Made by a program: the position numbers and the translations under genes. A stretch of DNA of 63,686 nt, counting the filler, from Welwitschia mirabilis (taxonomy: Eukaryota): the NCBI GenBank assembly GCA_051453625.1. It is 5 parts of one record of this genome, joined end to end, with 100 filler letters (N's around TTAATTAATTAA, not from the genome) between each part and the next. Parts side by side here need not be neighbours in the genome. Positions count along the whole stretch, not along the records: positions 1 to 18,955 come from JBOZIK010000001.1; positions 19,056 to 36,485 come from JBOZIK010000001.1; 3 more parts are not named here. The stretch is one strand, 5' to 3'. The first letter of the stretch is position 1. Each line of letters opens with the position of its first letter. The notes below the pieces were generated by a model. The model worked only from the letters and a program-made list of their open reading frames with translations. It made no database searches and was not told where the DNA came from. Shown piece after piece: positions 13,654 to 27,439 of this stretch.

Positions 13654-16600
13654 ATGCAGGGATATGATGAATTCTAGTAAAAAGATAAAATATTAGAAAG
13701 AACAGAACCTGATTGAAGAAAACATCAGAGAAGGATTATTCAACTTCAAGCTAAATCTAGATACACAAACCCTAGGTATGTAAATTCCTAGAATTGAAGA
13801 AAAAGTCTTTCTACTTTTATTATTTTAGAATCAGATTTTCCAAAAGAAAATTGTAGTGTATAAGTGGATTGTATTATTTCTTCGAATATGTTGAAATCAT
13901 CATAAAAATAAAAGTAAGTTGCTTCATCTAATATTCTAATCATAATAGGAACTTCTTCCTCAAATGTAAACATTACTCTTAAGAATTTAGTTGTAAATGA
14001 AAAATGTAAAATTTAAATTCCTTTTGATTTACCTTTTGGAAACAATGTAGAATTAAAAAATTTAAGTGCTTATCCAAATTTTTTAGAGGAACTATAGGAA
14101 GATCCTTTTCAACATTTAGCTAACATTGAAAAACTTGTGATTGCCTCAGAAAATGGAAAGAAACATATTAGTGACCATACTTATATGATTATTTTTCCAG
14201 CCACACTTACAAGAAGAGCAAAAGTTTAACTTAAAACTATTTCACATAAAAGTCTTAAATCTTGGAGTCAGGTGCAAGAAGTATTTATTAAAAGATTTTT
14301 GAGTGAAAGTTTCATGAGGAAGAGAAGAAAATGATTAACTAACTTTCAATAACAAACTCATGAAGATTATGCAACAACTTATGAACATTTTATAATCGCT
14401 AGCCATTCCAACCCTAATGATGAATTTTGTAAAGAAGAGCTACTAGATCAGTTTTATAATGGATTGAATGCTTCAACAAAATAACTAATACATTTTCTTG
14501 TGGAGGAAACTTGCTGAATTTAGGAATGGAGGATGCATGGAATGTGCTAAAAAATTTGGTATAAATAAGTCAAACTTAGCCTAAACCCACTAAAGAAAAT
14601 CGTACTATAGAATAAATTCTAAAGGATTTAAAAGAAGTAAAACATAACAAAGAAGAAGAAGGGAAGGACTTAAACAACATAATGAAAGATTCTACTACTA
14701 CTTTGAAGAAGTATACACAAATGATAATTGATGCAAAGGTAGTAAAAAATGAAATTTTAACTTCAAATTGTGAAATTTATGAAGATGAATCTCATTTAAC
14801 AAAAGAATACCCTTTATTATCAACTTGTAAGGAAAGGATGTTTGAGGAATTTTGTGCCTTCAACCAAAAAACACCCAATTTCAAAAATCAACTACAATTT
14901 CAACAAATATTAGGAGGGTAATATCAATGAAAACCATTTGAAATTAGATTCAAGAATCCCAACTTTCAACCTAATTTTTAACAAAATTAGAATGATGCAC
15001 TTAGAGAATCCATAGAAGAGATGAGAAAAGTATAGGAGAAGACTAATAGCAATATTGAGAACCTAGTAAATGTGCTTCAATAAACAATGCTTACCAATAA
15101 AAGATTATAAGTGTCTCTTACATCTCAACCAATACCTAACTCAAATGAAGTTAGAAGAGATTTAAAAGTAGTAGCAAGAAATATAAAGGATACAAAACCT
15201 CCTACCCATGATGTTTTAACTTCTAGAGATAATGAAATAAATAAGGAAGATGATGTGGAAATTTTAGATTCATATAACCTTCCACTAACAAAGAAAAGAA
15301 ATCATTCACTCCTTAGCTTAATAGATTAAATACAAATCCTATATTTGATTAACATCTAAAAGCTTTGATGTAAGAAGTTAACATCAACCTACCCTTTTGA
15401 AACCTCTGAAAATCCTAAATATTCTAAGTTATAGAAAGATTTAGTAAGATTAAAGTAAAAACGTATCATGCCTACTAAAATATTTCTTGCCTAATCTCTT
15501 TATAACTTAGTTATGTAAAAATGCCCTAAATTCAAAGACCCTAGGGATGTAACTGTAAGTGTTACCTTAGAAGGAAATAAAAGAATTTAGAAATCTTTGA
15601 TTTACATAGGAGCAAGTGTAAAAATCATACCTCTCAACATATGTAAAAGACTTGGGTTAGAAAATAGAGTTGAACCTACATTGATCATCTTAGAATTAGC
15701 TAATACCTCAATCAAGAAACCATTAGGAATTACCAAAGACCTAGTTATCCAAATTGAGGAAGATTTTTATCCCATTAATGTCGTCATATTAAAGATACAA
15801 CATGATAGAGGATATCCACTACTCTTAGAAAGCCTTTTATGAAACTACCCATTGTATCATTGACATACAATCTGGGATGATAAGATACCATTTTGATAAC
15901 AAAAAAATTACTATTAGAGTTTTTAATACTATTGAGAAAGACACAAGAACTTGAGTTTAACTTTGAAGATGAATTAAAACCAACCTTGTTTTTATAACAT
16001 CAACCAATAGAAGAGAGATTAATCATTCTTCATAAACCAACTTTGTATGATAAGCCCACTAAAACCAACTGTTTGAAGTCAAAGAATGAAGAACACCTAG
16101 AATGGGAAGAAGCTCAACATCTTTACTCAATAGAAAAACCTTTTGAAGAGTGTTGTCCCATGTCTATTATCTTCACAACAGATGGGATGACAACCCAAAA
16201 TACCACTCATGAACTTAAGAAATTATCCCAAGTATTAAAATACATTTTTCTTTTCGAAAATCACATAAAACCTTTGATAATTAGTGACCTTCTTACTTCT
16301 TAATAAGAATCCAATTTGATCTCACTCTTAAATTGAAAGAAAAATGCCTTTGCTTAGACACATAAAGACTTAGATGCCATTCCTCTTTTCACAGTTTAAT
16401 ATGAAATCTACCTTGAAGATAATGCTAAACCTATTAGACAACCCTAAAGAAGATTAAATACAACCCTTAAATAAATCATTAACAATGAAGTCATTGAACT
16501 TATGGATGCTAGAATTATATATTCCATATCCGATAGTGAGTGGGTTAGTTCTTTAATAGTAGCTCTAAAGAAAGAGGGGAAATGAAGAATATGCATCAAT

Positions 16601-18533
16601 TTTAGAAACCTTATCAGGTTACTAAAATGATCATTGCTCTTTACCATTTATTGATTAAGTTCTTGATAGAATCCAAGTCATGGCTACTATTATTTTCTTG
16701 ATAGGTATAGTGAATATAATTAGATTTGTATAGCAAGTGAAGACCAAGTTAAAACCACTTTCATCTCTCTTTTTGAAACCTTTACTTTTAAATAAATGCC
16801 CTTTGGACTTTGCAATGCCCCTGAAACCTTTTAATGAGACATGTTGAGAATATTTTCTAATATGATAGAATACTCTATTAAAATTTTTATGGATGAATTC
16901 TCCATCTTTGGTGATTATTTTAAATAAACTATAGTGAGATTAGGAAAGTTCCTAGATTAATGTCTTAAGAGTGGTTTACATTTGAGTTGGAAAAAAAGCT
17001 TTTCCCTTGTCCAACATGGAATTGTTTTAGGTCATCACATTTCAAAAGAAGGAATTAGGATGGACCCCACAATAGTGGATATCATTGAAAACCTTAACCC
17101 TCCAAATAATGTCAAACAAGTTAGATCTTTCCTTGGACATGTTGGTTTCTATCAATGATTCATTCATGATTATGCTAAAACTTATAAAACTTTCCATTCC
17201 TTACTTGAAAAAGATGTTAAATTCAATTGGAATTATTCATGTCATTTGCATTTAAAACCCTCAAGGAAAACATCCCTTCTAAACCTATTATCATAGGTCT
17301 CGATTGGAATAAAAACTTTAAACTTATGTATGATGTAATTAATATTACTGTAGGAGGGGTTCTTAGTCAAAAATATGAAAATGGTTTCTAGGTTATATCT
17401 TATCTTAGTAAAACTTTATCAAGTACCTAATCCAACTATAGTACCACTGAGAGAGAAATGATTGCTATTATCTTTTGTTTAGATCATCTTCGACATTATC
17501 TTCTTAGTTTTTATATTAATGTGTATACAGATCATGCATCCATCTACTATCTTATGGCTAGAAAAGATTTGAGTGCTAACTTATTAGGTGGATCCTTCTA
17601 ATGGAAGAATTTAATCTTACCATCATTGATAAGGCTAGAAAACATAACAGTGCTGCTGATCATCTTTCTCAACTTTCTTACTTCCATGATGAAACTCCCA
17701 TTAATGAATTTTTTCCTGATGAGTAACTCTTTGCAATTAAATAATTATATGCTATCTTATCTTCTTACCCCACTCCTTGGTATGCTGACATCGTGAATTA
17801 CCTTGTGACTATGAAAACTCCTTAACATTGGAATCATAATCAATGCAAAAATTTTTTCTATAGGATCAATGACTATGAATGGAACAAACCCCATATTTAT
17901 AGATGTTGCAAATATTAAATTATGTGTAAATGTGTGCCTATATGGAAAACCTTATAAATCTTAACATTTTGCCATGGTAAGGCATGTGGAGGGTACTTTA
18001 GTGGCCAAAATACTATCATTAAAATTCTTCACTCTAGTTTTTATTGGCCTACTCTTTTCAGAGATTCATTTAACTTTTCTAGGAAGTGTGATGCATGTCA
18101 ACGCTATAGTAGCCTAAATCATTCTCATGATATGCTTCTCAAACCCATACTTGAATTTAAACCTTTTGATTATTAGGGAATTGACTTTGTAGGTCCAATT
18201 ACATCACCTTTTCATGAGAAAAATTATATCCTTGTAGTTGTGTATTATGTTACTAAGTGGGTTAAAGCTATTCTTACTACCAAAAATGATGCTTGAACTA
18301 TTTACCACTTTGTTCTAATTCATATTTTTTTAATGATTTGGTTTTTCACAAATTATCATTAGTGATCAAGGAACTTATTTCATTAATCACCTCTTTCGAA
18401 AACTTCTTTTATCCATTTATGTTAAACATAGAATTGCTTGTGCTTATCATCCTCAAACTAATGGTCAAGCTGAAAATGTAAATAAAGAAATTAAAAAAAT
18501 GCTTAAAAAATTAGTCTCTATCAATAAGAAAAC
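13654..18533 (+). pseudogene. Element C gag-pol (gag, aspartic protease, RT, RNase H, integrase), many stops and frameshifts
   Basis: gag EDPFQHL (~14100), protease LIYIGASV (~15600), RT MPFGLCNAP (~16800) and IFMDEF (~16885), RH VYTDHASI (~17525), IN WYADIVNYL, HHCC region and GIDFVGP (~18180). Domain order is gypsy-type. Confidence 0.9.
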
Positions 18534-18999
18534 NNNNNNNNNNNNNNNNNNNNNNNNNNNNNNNNNNNNNNNNNNNNNNNNNNNNNNNNNNNNNNNNNNN
18601 NNNNNNNNNNNNNNNNNNNNNNNNNNNNNNNNNCATAAAGTGGATATCATTAAAAACATTAATCCTTTAATTAATGTCAAATAAGTTAGATCTTTCCTTA
18701 AACATGTTGGTTTGTATCGACGATTCATTCATGATTATGCTAAAATTTATAAACCTCTCAACTTGTTACTTGAAAAATATGTTAAATTTTATTGGAATTA
18801 TTCATGCTAACTTGCATTTAAAACCCTTGAGAAAAACATTTCTTTTGAACCTATTATTATAGGTTCTAATTAGAGTAAATACTTTAAACTTATGTGTGAT
18901 AAAAGCAACATTGCTGTAGAAAGGGGTTCTTAGCCAAAAAATATGAAAATGATTTNNNNNNNNNNNNNNNNNNNNNNNNNNNNNNNNNNNNNNNNNNNN

Positions 19000-19011
19000 T
19001 TAATTAATTAA
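19000..19011. other. Artificial scaffold spacer TTAATTAATTAA inside N gaps (also at 36530, 50835, 62001)
   Basis: Identical 12-mer centred in 100-base gaps, giving stop codons in all six frames. Confidence 0.9.
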
Positions 19012-20167
19012 NNNNNNNNNNNNNNNNNNNNNNNNNNNNNNNNNNNNNNNNNNNNTATCCATTTTCATTTTTATTTTTCTTTAGTTATTTTATTGGATTT
19101 CCAAAGTCATTATTCATACTTTTACATCGTCATATTATGGAACTAATCATTTTCTAGTTCTTTTTATTTATCCATTTTTTTTAGAGGATTATTATTTTCT
19201 TTATGATAGGTTTCCATGATTTAATAAGTTTCAATTCTTCTTTTCCATTAGTTTAAACACATTTGAGAAGTCTGTGATCATTGTTTATTCTCATTTAGTA
19301 CATTTTATTGTACTATCACCTTTTCTGTTTCCACCATGAGGTTGATTTTTAGGCTATTTCTTTACTTTTTCCCTCTTTTTGATTTTCCTTTTATTTTTCT
19401 TTGTATTTGTAGATTTTTCTGATTTCATCTTCCTCTTCAAACAGCTAATTTGATGACTGTCATTCCACTTTTACCATTTCAATAATAGATGAGATGATAT
19501 TCCTCTTACATTCTTGGTGTAATCTAGGATGTCTTTCTTCTCTTGGGGGAGGGGGAGGGGAGAGGAGGGGAGGGGAGGGAAAGGGTAGAACACCTTTTTA
19601 GGCATTATTCTATACTTTTCAGTATAAATTTTTCAAATTATAAGCTTTTATGATCTAACTTTATGATAGGTTATTTGGATTAGTTTTTCATATTATTTGA
19701 ATAAATATATGGAAAATTCATGAACCTTATCTGTTAGGATCCAACAACACACTCACAAATTTTTTTCATAGCCATGTTTCAGATCATCTAAAACATGCTA
19801 TATCTACTCTTGTCCTTTGCATTTTTGATGATACTAGTGAATTGAAAGACATCATTCTTTGGAATATATCACTACTTAAGCCTATCACAATAGCCCATTA
19901 TCAATATTTCTATAATATACATACACAATTTCATTTCATGAGCCCTCAAAGTTACATTTGTATGATTTCTATATGTGTATATCATTTATTTAGTCTATAG
20001 TGACATGCTTAAGTAGGGGGATTAGGAAAGTTCTTTAACATTTTTATCAGTTATCCATTTACATGATTTAATGGAACTTAATTTACATCTTTTCAGCACT
20101 ATTTTATCTTAGTCAAATTAGCTTATAATCTAGTTGATTGCTTACTTTATTAGGGACTGATAAGGCT

Positions 20168-20180
20168 AAGTAGGGGGATA
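20168..20180 (+). promoter_or_regulatory. Polypurine tract of C
   Basis: AAGTAGGGGGATA abutting the TG of the 3' LTR. Confidence 0.8.
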
Positions 20181-21461
20181 TGTTACAATGCTAATTTGTA
20201 GAAATTTGATAGTGTATTTTGAGTGCTTTTGCAGAACATTTACACAGGTTTTAATGTAATACTAATGAATATGGATATCTGACAGGATGATCAGTAAAAC
20301 ATGTGATTCTTAGCATTTTTGGCAGTTTCTCAGGCTTATTCTAACACTATATATTTGGAAGAAGACTAAATAATACAAAAGACTAATTTACCTTAGAAAT
20401 TAGATATAAGGAAGACTATCATCCCCTATGTCATCCCCATGACATGCAGGATGATAAAACTATTAACATGGATAGAAGATGTAGAGCTAATAGCAGGGCA
20501 TGAGGATATTCGATATAGGGTGACATCCCCCATATCATTTCAATGATAGTTAAGATGACAGCTATTTTTATATAGCTGAGAAGAAATATCTTTATAATGG
20601 GATCAAGCGAAATATCTTTATAATGGGGTCTAGTGATCCATATGAGCTATTAGTATTTCTTTTCTAACTTTTAGGGTTTTGTTTCTAGAACCTCAATACA
20701 AAACTATAAATACCCTTCTCCTCTTTCATGTCTGTTTCCATCTTTTATACCTAATATAATTGTGATGGAAGATTAAAGGTCAAGAGATCCATCTAGATCT
20801 ACAGAAAGGAGTATCCTTGGTGTTAGGCTGAGTCTCTTTCATTGAGGTGATGTTATTCTATTTATAAGTGGATGTAATATTCCTGAATACTCTTTTTCAT
20901 TAATAAAATTATTACTTCATTTTTATTATGTATGTCCCTTTTGGTTTACATTGATTATTGCTGATTGTGAAAACTCTATGATTTATCTAGATCATAAGGA
21001 CAACCTTTATTAAGGCTGACCTTGTTTAGTATTAGATTTGTATTGTTTTTCCATTCCATTCATATTGCATTCATTCTTTTACTTAGTATATCTCATAGTT
21101 TATATTAATTAAGAACTAGTTGAATACTCTTCTTAATTGATCTAAATTATAGAGAAGATATTCCTTGTGATAGAAATACTAATATCTAAGTAGAATCCAT
21201 TGCATTTCATTTCCATTTACTTGCATCATCATTTTCATTCACTTGCATTTCATTTACTTGGTTATTTATTTCCATTTTTTATAAGATAAAAGATCTAAAA
21301 ATATATTGGAAACTGATTCTCTAACTCTAAACCTAATGCCTTCTTTGGGATTATGACATTTGGATGAACTCTCATCTATACTAGCGTGTGTTTTCTGCAA
21401 GTTATTTGATTTACAGATTTACTTAAAGAACTTCAAGATTGCATAAATTCACAGTGCAACA
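20181..21461 (+). repeat. 3' LTR of element C
   Basis: TGTTACAATG...GTGCAACA. Carries a 26-bp tandem duplication (~20583-20634) absent from the 5' LTR. Confidence 0.9.
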
Positions 21462-21466
21462 TGATG

Positions 21467-24400
21467 ATATCAAGTTAAAAACTTTAAATGCATAACCTAT
21501 TTTTAATAGAGAAATTGATAAAGGTTTCTTCAATATATAGCCAACATCGAATAACTAGTGCTTACATTAGGAAATGGTTAAAAAACAAATTAATTATTAT
21601 ACTTATATGGTTACCTTTTTCATCATATTAAAAGGAAAAGTAAAATTATGGCTAATAACTATTCTTCATAAAAGCTTAAAAACATGAAACCAAGTTTAAA
21701 AAGCCTTTAAAAAAAGATTTATGAGTGAAACAAAAATAAGAAAAAGAAAGAAAGAGGTAATAAATCTCAAACAACAATCTAATAAATATTATGCTACTAC
21801 TTATGAATGATTTTTCATTATAATTCATTCTAATCCTATTGATTATTTTACTCAAAAAGAATTAATAAACTATTTTTATAGTGGATCAAATAGCTAAACT
21901 AAATAACTTATAGATTTTTCATGTAGTAAAAATTTAATAAATCTCACTTTAGAAAGTGCATGGAGGTTGTTAGAAGAATTAGTAGAAGTAAGTGAAACAT
22001 GACCTAAATGAATATCTAAAGAAAATCATAGTATAGGCCAAACCATGAAAGATCTTAAAGAATTAAAATGGGAAAAGGAAGAAGTAAAAATAAAAAAATA
22101 ACTAATAAATGTAATTAAGAATTTGACAACAACATTGAAAAAATACATTTAAATGATTTTAAATGTAAAAGTGGCAATTGAAAATAATGTTTCATACAAC
22201 TTATGATTTGTGTGAAGACAACTATCATGTAACTAAAGAATGTATTTTATTATCAACTTACAAATAGAAAATCTATGAATAAGTGTTTACTTTTAATTAA
22301 AAGTCTTCAAACTATAGAAATCAAAACCAAAATCAAAATCAATTTCAACCTAAAATGAATGGACAATCTAACTTTTAATATTTTGAGAATAAATTTAAGA
22401 ACTTTCAAATAAATCATCCAAATTTCCAATCATTTATAAATAGATTTAAGAATTCTAAATTTTAATCAAACAAATCAAAATTCCAATCAAGTAGTTCAAA
22501 TTATCAAGTAAGTACATCAAATTCTCAAAATCAAAATAATCCACTTGGAAATTCCATTAATGAACTAAGAAAATCTTAATAAAAGACAAACTTAAAATTA
22601 AAAATCTACTAAATGTTCTTCAAAAACCTATGATTGCAAATTAAAGACCATAAGGACCACTTAAAACATAACATTTACCTAACCTAATAAAGTAAGAAAA
22701 GATTATAAGGTTGTATACCACCTCCTACCCATAAGGCTTTACCTTCTAAAAATGATAGGAAATATAAAAAAGAAGAAGAGGATATTGAAATCTTAGAAAA
22801 TCATAACTTCCCTTATCCTTTAAGTGATAAGCTTAATAAGAAAAATTCTTCTCAATATAAAGAAAAGTAACTTACCATCCCTTGTCTTGATATATTAAAT
22901 ACCAATTCTACATTTGATGATCATCTTAAAGCCTTAATACAAGATGTAAGCATAAATTTATCCTTTTGGAAACTCTTATGAGATGTGGAAATACCTAATT
23001 AGGAGGGGAAAAAATGAACCATATCTAGTGAAGTATTCTTAGCCTAATCTATAACCAAGTTAATTTTATAAAATGTCTAAAATTTAAGGATTGTGTGGTA
23101 GCAATCGTTAGTATCACTTTAGAAGAAAATTAAAAAATTAAGAAACCCTTAATTAATATAGGATAAAGTATTAATATTATTCTTTTATTCATTTGTCAAA
23201 GACTTGGTTTGAAAAGTAGAATTGATCCTAGATGTATTATCTTAAATTAGTAGCTATATCAGTGAAAAAATCCTTAAGAGTAATAAATGATTTGATAATT
23301 CAAATAGAGGAAGCATTCTATCCAATAAATGTAGTTGTGATTAAAGTTAAGCATAATGAAGATTATTTACTACTTATAGATAGAGCATTTTATGCAATAA
23401 CTCATTGNNNNNNNNNNNNNNNNNNNNNNNNNNNNNNNNNNNNNNNNNNNNNNNNNNNNNNNNNNNNNNNNNNNNNNNNNNNNNNNNNNNNNNNNNNNNN
23501 NNNNNNNNNNNNNNNNNNNNNNNNNNNNNNNNNNNNNNNNNNNNNNNNNNNNNNNNNNNNNNNNNNNNNNNNNNNNNNNNNNNNNNNNNNNNNNNNNNNN
23601 NNNNNNNNNNNNNNNNNNNNNNNNNNNNNNNNNNNNNNNNNNNNNNNNNNNNNNNNNNNNNNNNNNNNNNNNNNNNNNNNNNNNNNNNNNNNNNNNNNNN
23701 NNNNNNNNNNNNNNNNNNNNNNNNNNNNNNNNNNNNNNNNNNNNNNNNNNNNNNNNNNNNNNNNNNNNNNNNNNNNNNNNNNNNNNNNNNNNNNNNNNNN
23801 NNNNNNNNNNNNNNNNNNNNNNNNNNNNNNNNNNNNNNNNNNNNNNNNNNNNNNNNNNNNNNNNNNNNNNNNNNNNNNNNNNNNNNNNNNNNNNNNNNNN
23901 NNNNNNNNNNNNNNNNNNNNNNNNNNNNNNNNNNNNNNNNNNNNNNNNNNNNNNNNNNNNNNNNNNNNNNNNNNNNNNNNNNNNNNNNNNNNNNNNNNNN
24001 NNNNNNNNNNNNNNNNNNNNNNNNNNNNNNNNNNNNNNNNNNNNNNNNNNNNNNNNNNNNNNNNNNNNNNNNNNNNNNNNNNNNNNNNNNNNNNNNNNNN
24101 NNNNNNNNNNNNNNNNNNNNNNNNNNNNCCATTATAGTTTTCCACTAAAAAAGACTTAAGTAATGAGTGGAATGTAGAGGAAAAAATTAAATAAACATTA
24201 TTTTTACAGCATCATCCACTTAAAGAGAGATGGTTAATGCTTTGTAAGCCTATCATTTATGATGATTAATTTGAAGTAGAAAATTTAGAAGCTTTCATTC
24301 ATGATGAACTCAATTATGAACATTTAGGAACTAACTATTTTGATTAGGAAAATGAATAAACAGAACCTATACTCTATGAATAAGTCTAACATCTGAAAAC

Positions 24401-26194
24401 AACTGAGATTCCATATTTTGAGGGAGGCCATCCACCCATGTAATCTGGACAATGGTTAGATATGATAGTCAAATTTAAGAAAAAATAACAAAAAACTTAA
24501 AAATTTAATTAAATTTGAAACCTTTACCTAGTGGACTAAAATATATATTTATGCATGATGATCAAAATAAATCATTGATAATAAATAAGAATCTTTTCCA
24601 TTAATAAGAATTAATTTTAATATCACTTTTGAATTCTAAGATTAATGCATTCACTTGAAAATTCCTACTTTCATATTTCAACATAAAATATACCTTGAGG
24701 ATAATGTAAAACTAGTTAGGCAACCCTAAATAAGACTAAATATAGCCCTTAAACAAGTTATAAAATATGAAATCATTAAATTAATGGATGATAAAATTAT
24801 TTATATCATATTTGATAGTTAATGAGTTAGATCTTTGATGGTAGTACATAAAAAATATGGGATGTAGAGAATGTGTATTGATGTTAGAAAGATTAATGAA
24901 GTAATAAAGAAAGATCATTATGCTTTATGTTTTATTAACCAAATACTTGATAGAATCCAAGGACATACATTTTATTACTTTATTGATGGATGTAAAGATT
25001 ATAATCAAGTTTGTATAGCTAATGAGGATCAAGAAAAAATAACTTTCACTTTATCTTTTAGAGCATTTAGATTTAGACGCATGCTATTTAAACTTAATAA
25101 TGCCCCTTGTACTTTTTAACATGTAATGATGGGTATCATTTTTGATATGTTAGAGGATTTAATTGAAATTTTTATGAATGACTTCTCAATCTTTGGTGAA
25201 AATTTTTAATAAATCTTAGAAAGGTTAGAAAAAGTCCTTGATAGATGCATTAAGAGTGGCCTACATTTGAGTTGGGAAAAGAGTTTCTTTCTAACTAATA
25301 ATGGAATTATTTTAGATCACTAAATTTCTAACAAGGAAATTAAAATAACTCCTCTAATAAATGTAAAATACTTTAAATTTTTTCTTGATTATTATAATTT
25401 TTCTCATTGTTTTATTTAGGATTATGCTAAAATTTATAAATCCCTTTACTTATTACTTGAAAAAGAAAATAAATTTAAATGAAATAAATCTTGTCAGCTT
25501 GCTTTTGAAACACTTAAAGATAAAATCTCTTTTTCACCTATTATAACTAGACCTAATTGGGATAAAGATTTTAAATTAATTTATAATGCTAGTAATATTA
25601 CTATGGATAGGGTTCTTAAATAAAAGTATAAAAATTATTTTAAAGTTATATATTTTTATAGAAAAATTTTATCTAAAGCTCAGTCAAATTATAAAACTAC
25701 TAGGAAAGAAATACTAGTAAGAATATTTTACCTTGATAATCTTAAACAGTATCTTTTAGGCTTTTATACAAATGTTTATACTAAATATGCAACCATTAGA
25801 TACCTCATGATTAGGAAAGAGTCTATTACTAGACCCATTAGATGGATCCTCCTTATGTAATAATTTAACCTTATTATCATTGATAAAATAAGAAAACATA
25901 ATAGTGTAGTAAATCATTTTTTATGTCTTTCTTCCTATGTTGTTAATCTTATGATTAATGATTCTTTTCTAGATGAACAAAGTTTCACCATATCTTCTAC
26001 TCATCCTCCTCTTTGGTATGCTGATATAGTTAATTATCTTATTACTATGAAGATAGCACAACATTGGAGTCATAGTCAAAGAAAATCTTTTTAATATAAA
26101 TAGGTAATAATGAATGGATAAAGTCACATCTTTACCATAGGTGAAAAAACCAAATAATAAGAAAATGTATGTCTAAATGGGAAAAATTAGACAT
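21467..26194 (+). pseudogene. Element B gag (rest), protease, RT, RNase H and integrase N-terminus
   Basis: ORF-track fragments 23232 (protease region) and 24871-25119 (MCIDVRKINEVIKKDHY..FIDGCKDYNQV..NNAPCTF), IFMNDF at ~25170, WYADIVNYL at ~26015. Confidence 0.88.
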
Positions 26195-27439
26195 TGTTGT
26201 AGTGTGAATTTATCTAATCCTGAAGTCCTTTAGGTAAACCTAAAAATCAAATTACTTACAAAAAAACACACGCTAGTATAGATGGGAGTTCATCCAAATG
26301 TCATAATACCAATGAGGGCACGAGGATCAGAGTTAAAGAATTGATTTTCAAAGGTATTTTTAGTTTTTTTATTTTTTTAATAACTAAAAGTAAATAACAA
26401 AGTAAAATGTAATGAAAAGTAAATGAAGATAAAATGCAAATGGAAGTGGAATGGATTCTATTAGATCTTAATCCTCTTATCACAAGAACAAGTTTTTGTA
26501 TAATTCAAATTAATTAATAAGAGTACTCATCTTGTTCCTAATTAATGTGAACTATGAGATATAGAAAGTAGAATTATGAAATGCAATGTGGAGTAGAAAT
26601 AGAATAATAATACAAATATAAACTAATCCAAGCCCACTTTGATAAAGATTACCCTTATGGTGTAAATAAATTATAGAATTGTCACTTTAAACTATAATAA
26701 ACTTAAACCATCAGGGACATAAATAGAATTGAAATAAAAAGAGTANNNNNNNNNNNNNNNNNNNNNNNNNNNNNNNNNNNNNNNNNNNNNNNNNNNNNNN
26801 NNNNNNNNNNNNNNNNNNNNNNNNNNNNNNNNNNNNNNNNNNNNNNNNNNNNNNNNNNNNNNNNNNNNNNNNNNNNNNNNNNNNNNNNNNNNNNNNNNNN
26901 NNNNNNNNNNNNNNNNNAAAAGATGGAAATAAAATAAAGTAGAATAAGGGTATTTATAGTTTTACATTAAAGTTCTAGAAGCTCAACCCTAAAAGCCAGA
27001 AAAGAAATCCTAATAATCCAAATGGGTCGCTTGACTCCATTACATAAATAATTCTTTTAGACCATAGGAAAATAGCTATCATCCTAACTATCATGAGTAC
27101 AATAGAGGGAATATCACCGATATCAAAAGGTACTTCATCAACTTCATGCCCATTGTCAACCCCACAGCTTTTATCCATGTTAGCAGTGTTAGCATCCTAC
27201 CTGTCATAGGAATAACAGAGGGAACAGTAGGCTTCCTTATCTCTAATCTCAAAGGTAAGTTAATCTTTTGCATGATAACTCCTTCTTCTAAGTCTGTAGT
27301 ATTAGAATAAGAATAACATGTTTCAATGTTCATCCTATCATATCTTCATGATCATAAGTATTACATCCAAACCTATATAAACGTCTAACAAAAGCACTCA
27401 AAATACACCATCAAATTCTTACAAATTGGCATCACAACA
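26195..27439 (-). repeat. 3' LTR of D2, with adjacent PPT at 27440-27452
   Basis: Reverse complement of the C-family LTR, followed by TAGCCCCCTACTT (reverse-complement PPT). Confidence 0.85.

Larger units (their letters stand above)
11971..21461 (+). mobile_element. Element C: Athila-type LTR retrotransposon nested in the gag of B
   Basis: TG...CA LTRs 11971-13224 and 20181-21461. Perfect 5-bp TSD TGATG (11966-11970, 21462-21466). PBS and PPT present. Confidence 0.9.

Noticed and set aside
19000-19011. Recurrent palindrome TTAATTAATTAA (also 36530, 50835, 62001)
   Set aside because: Always centred in a 100-base N gap, so it is a scaffolding spacer and not biology.
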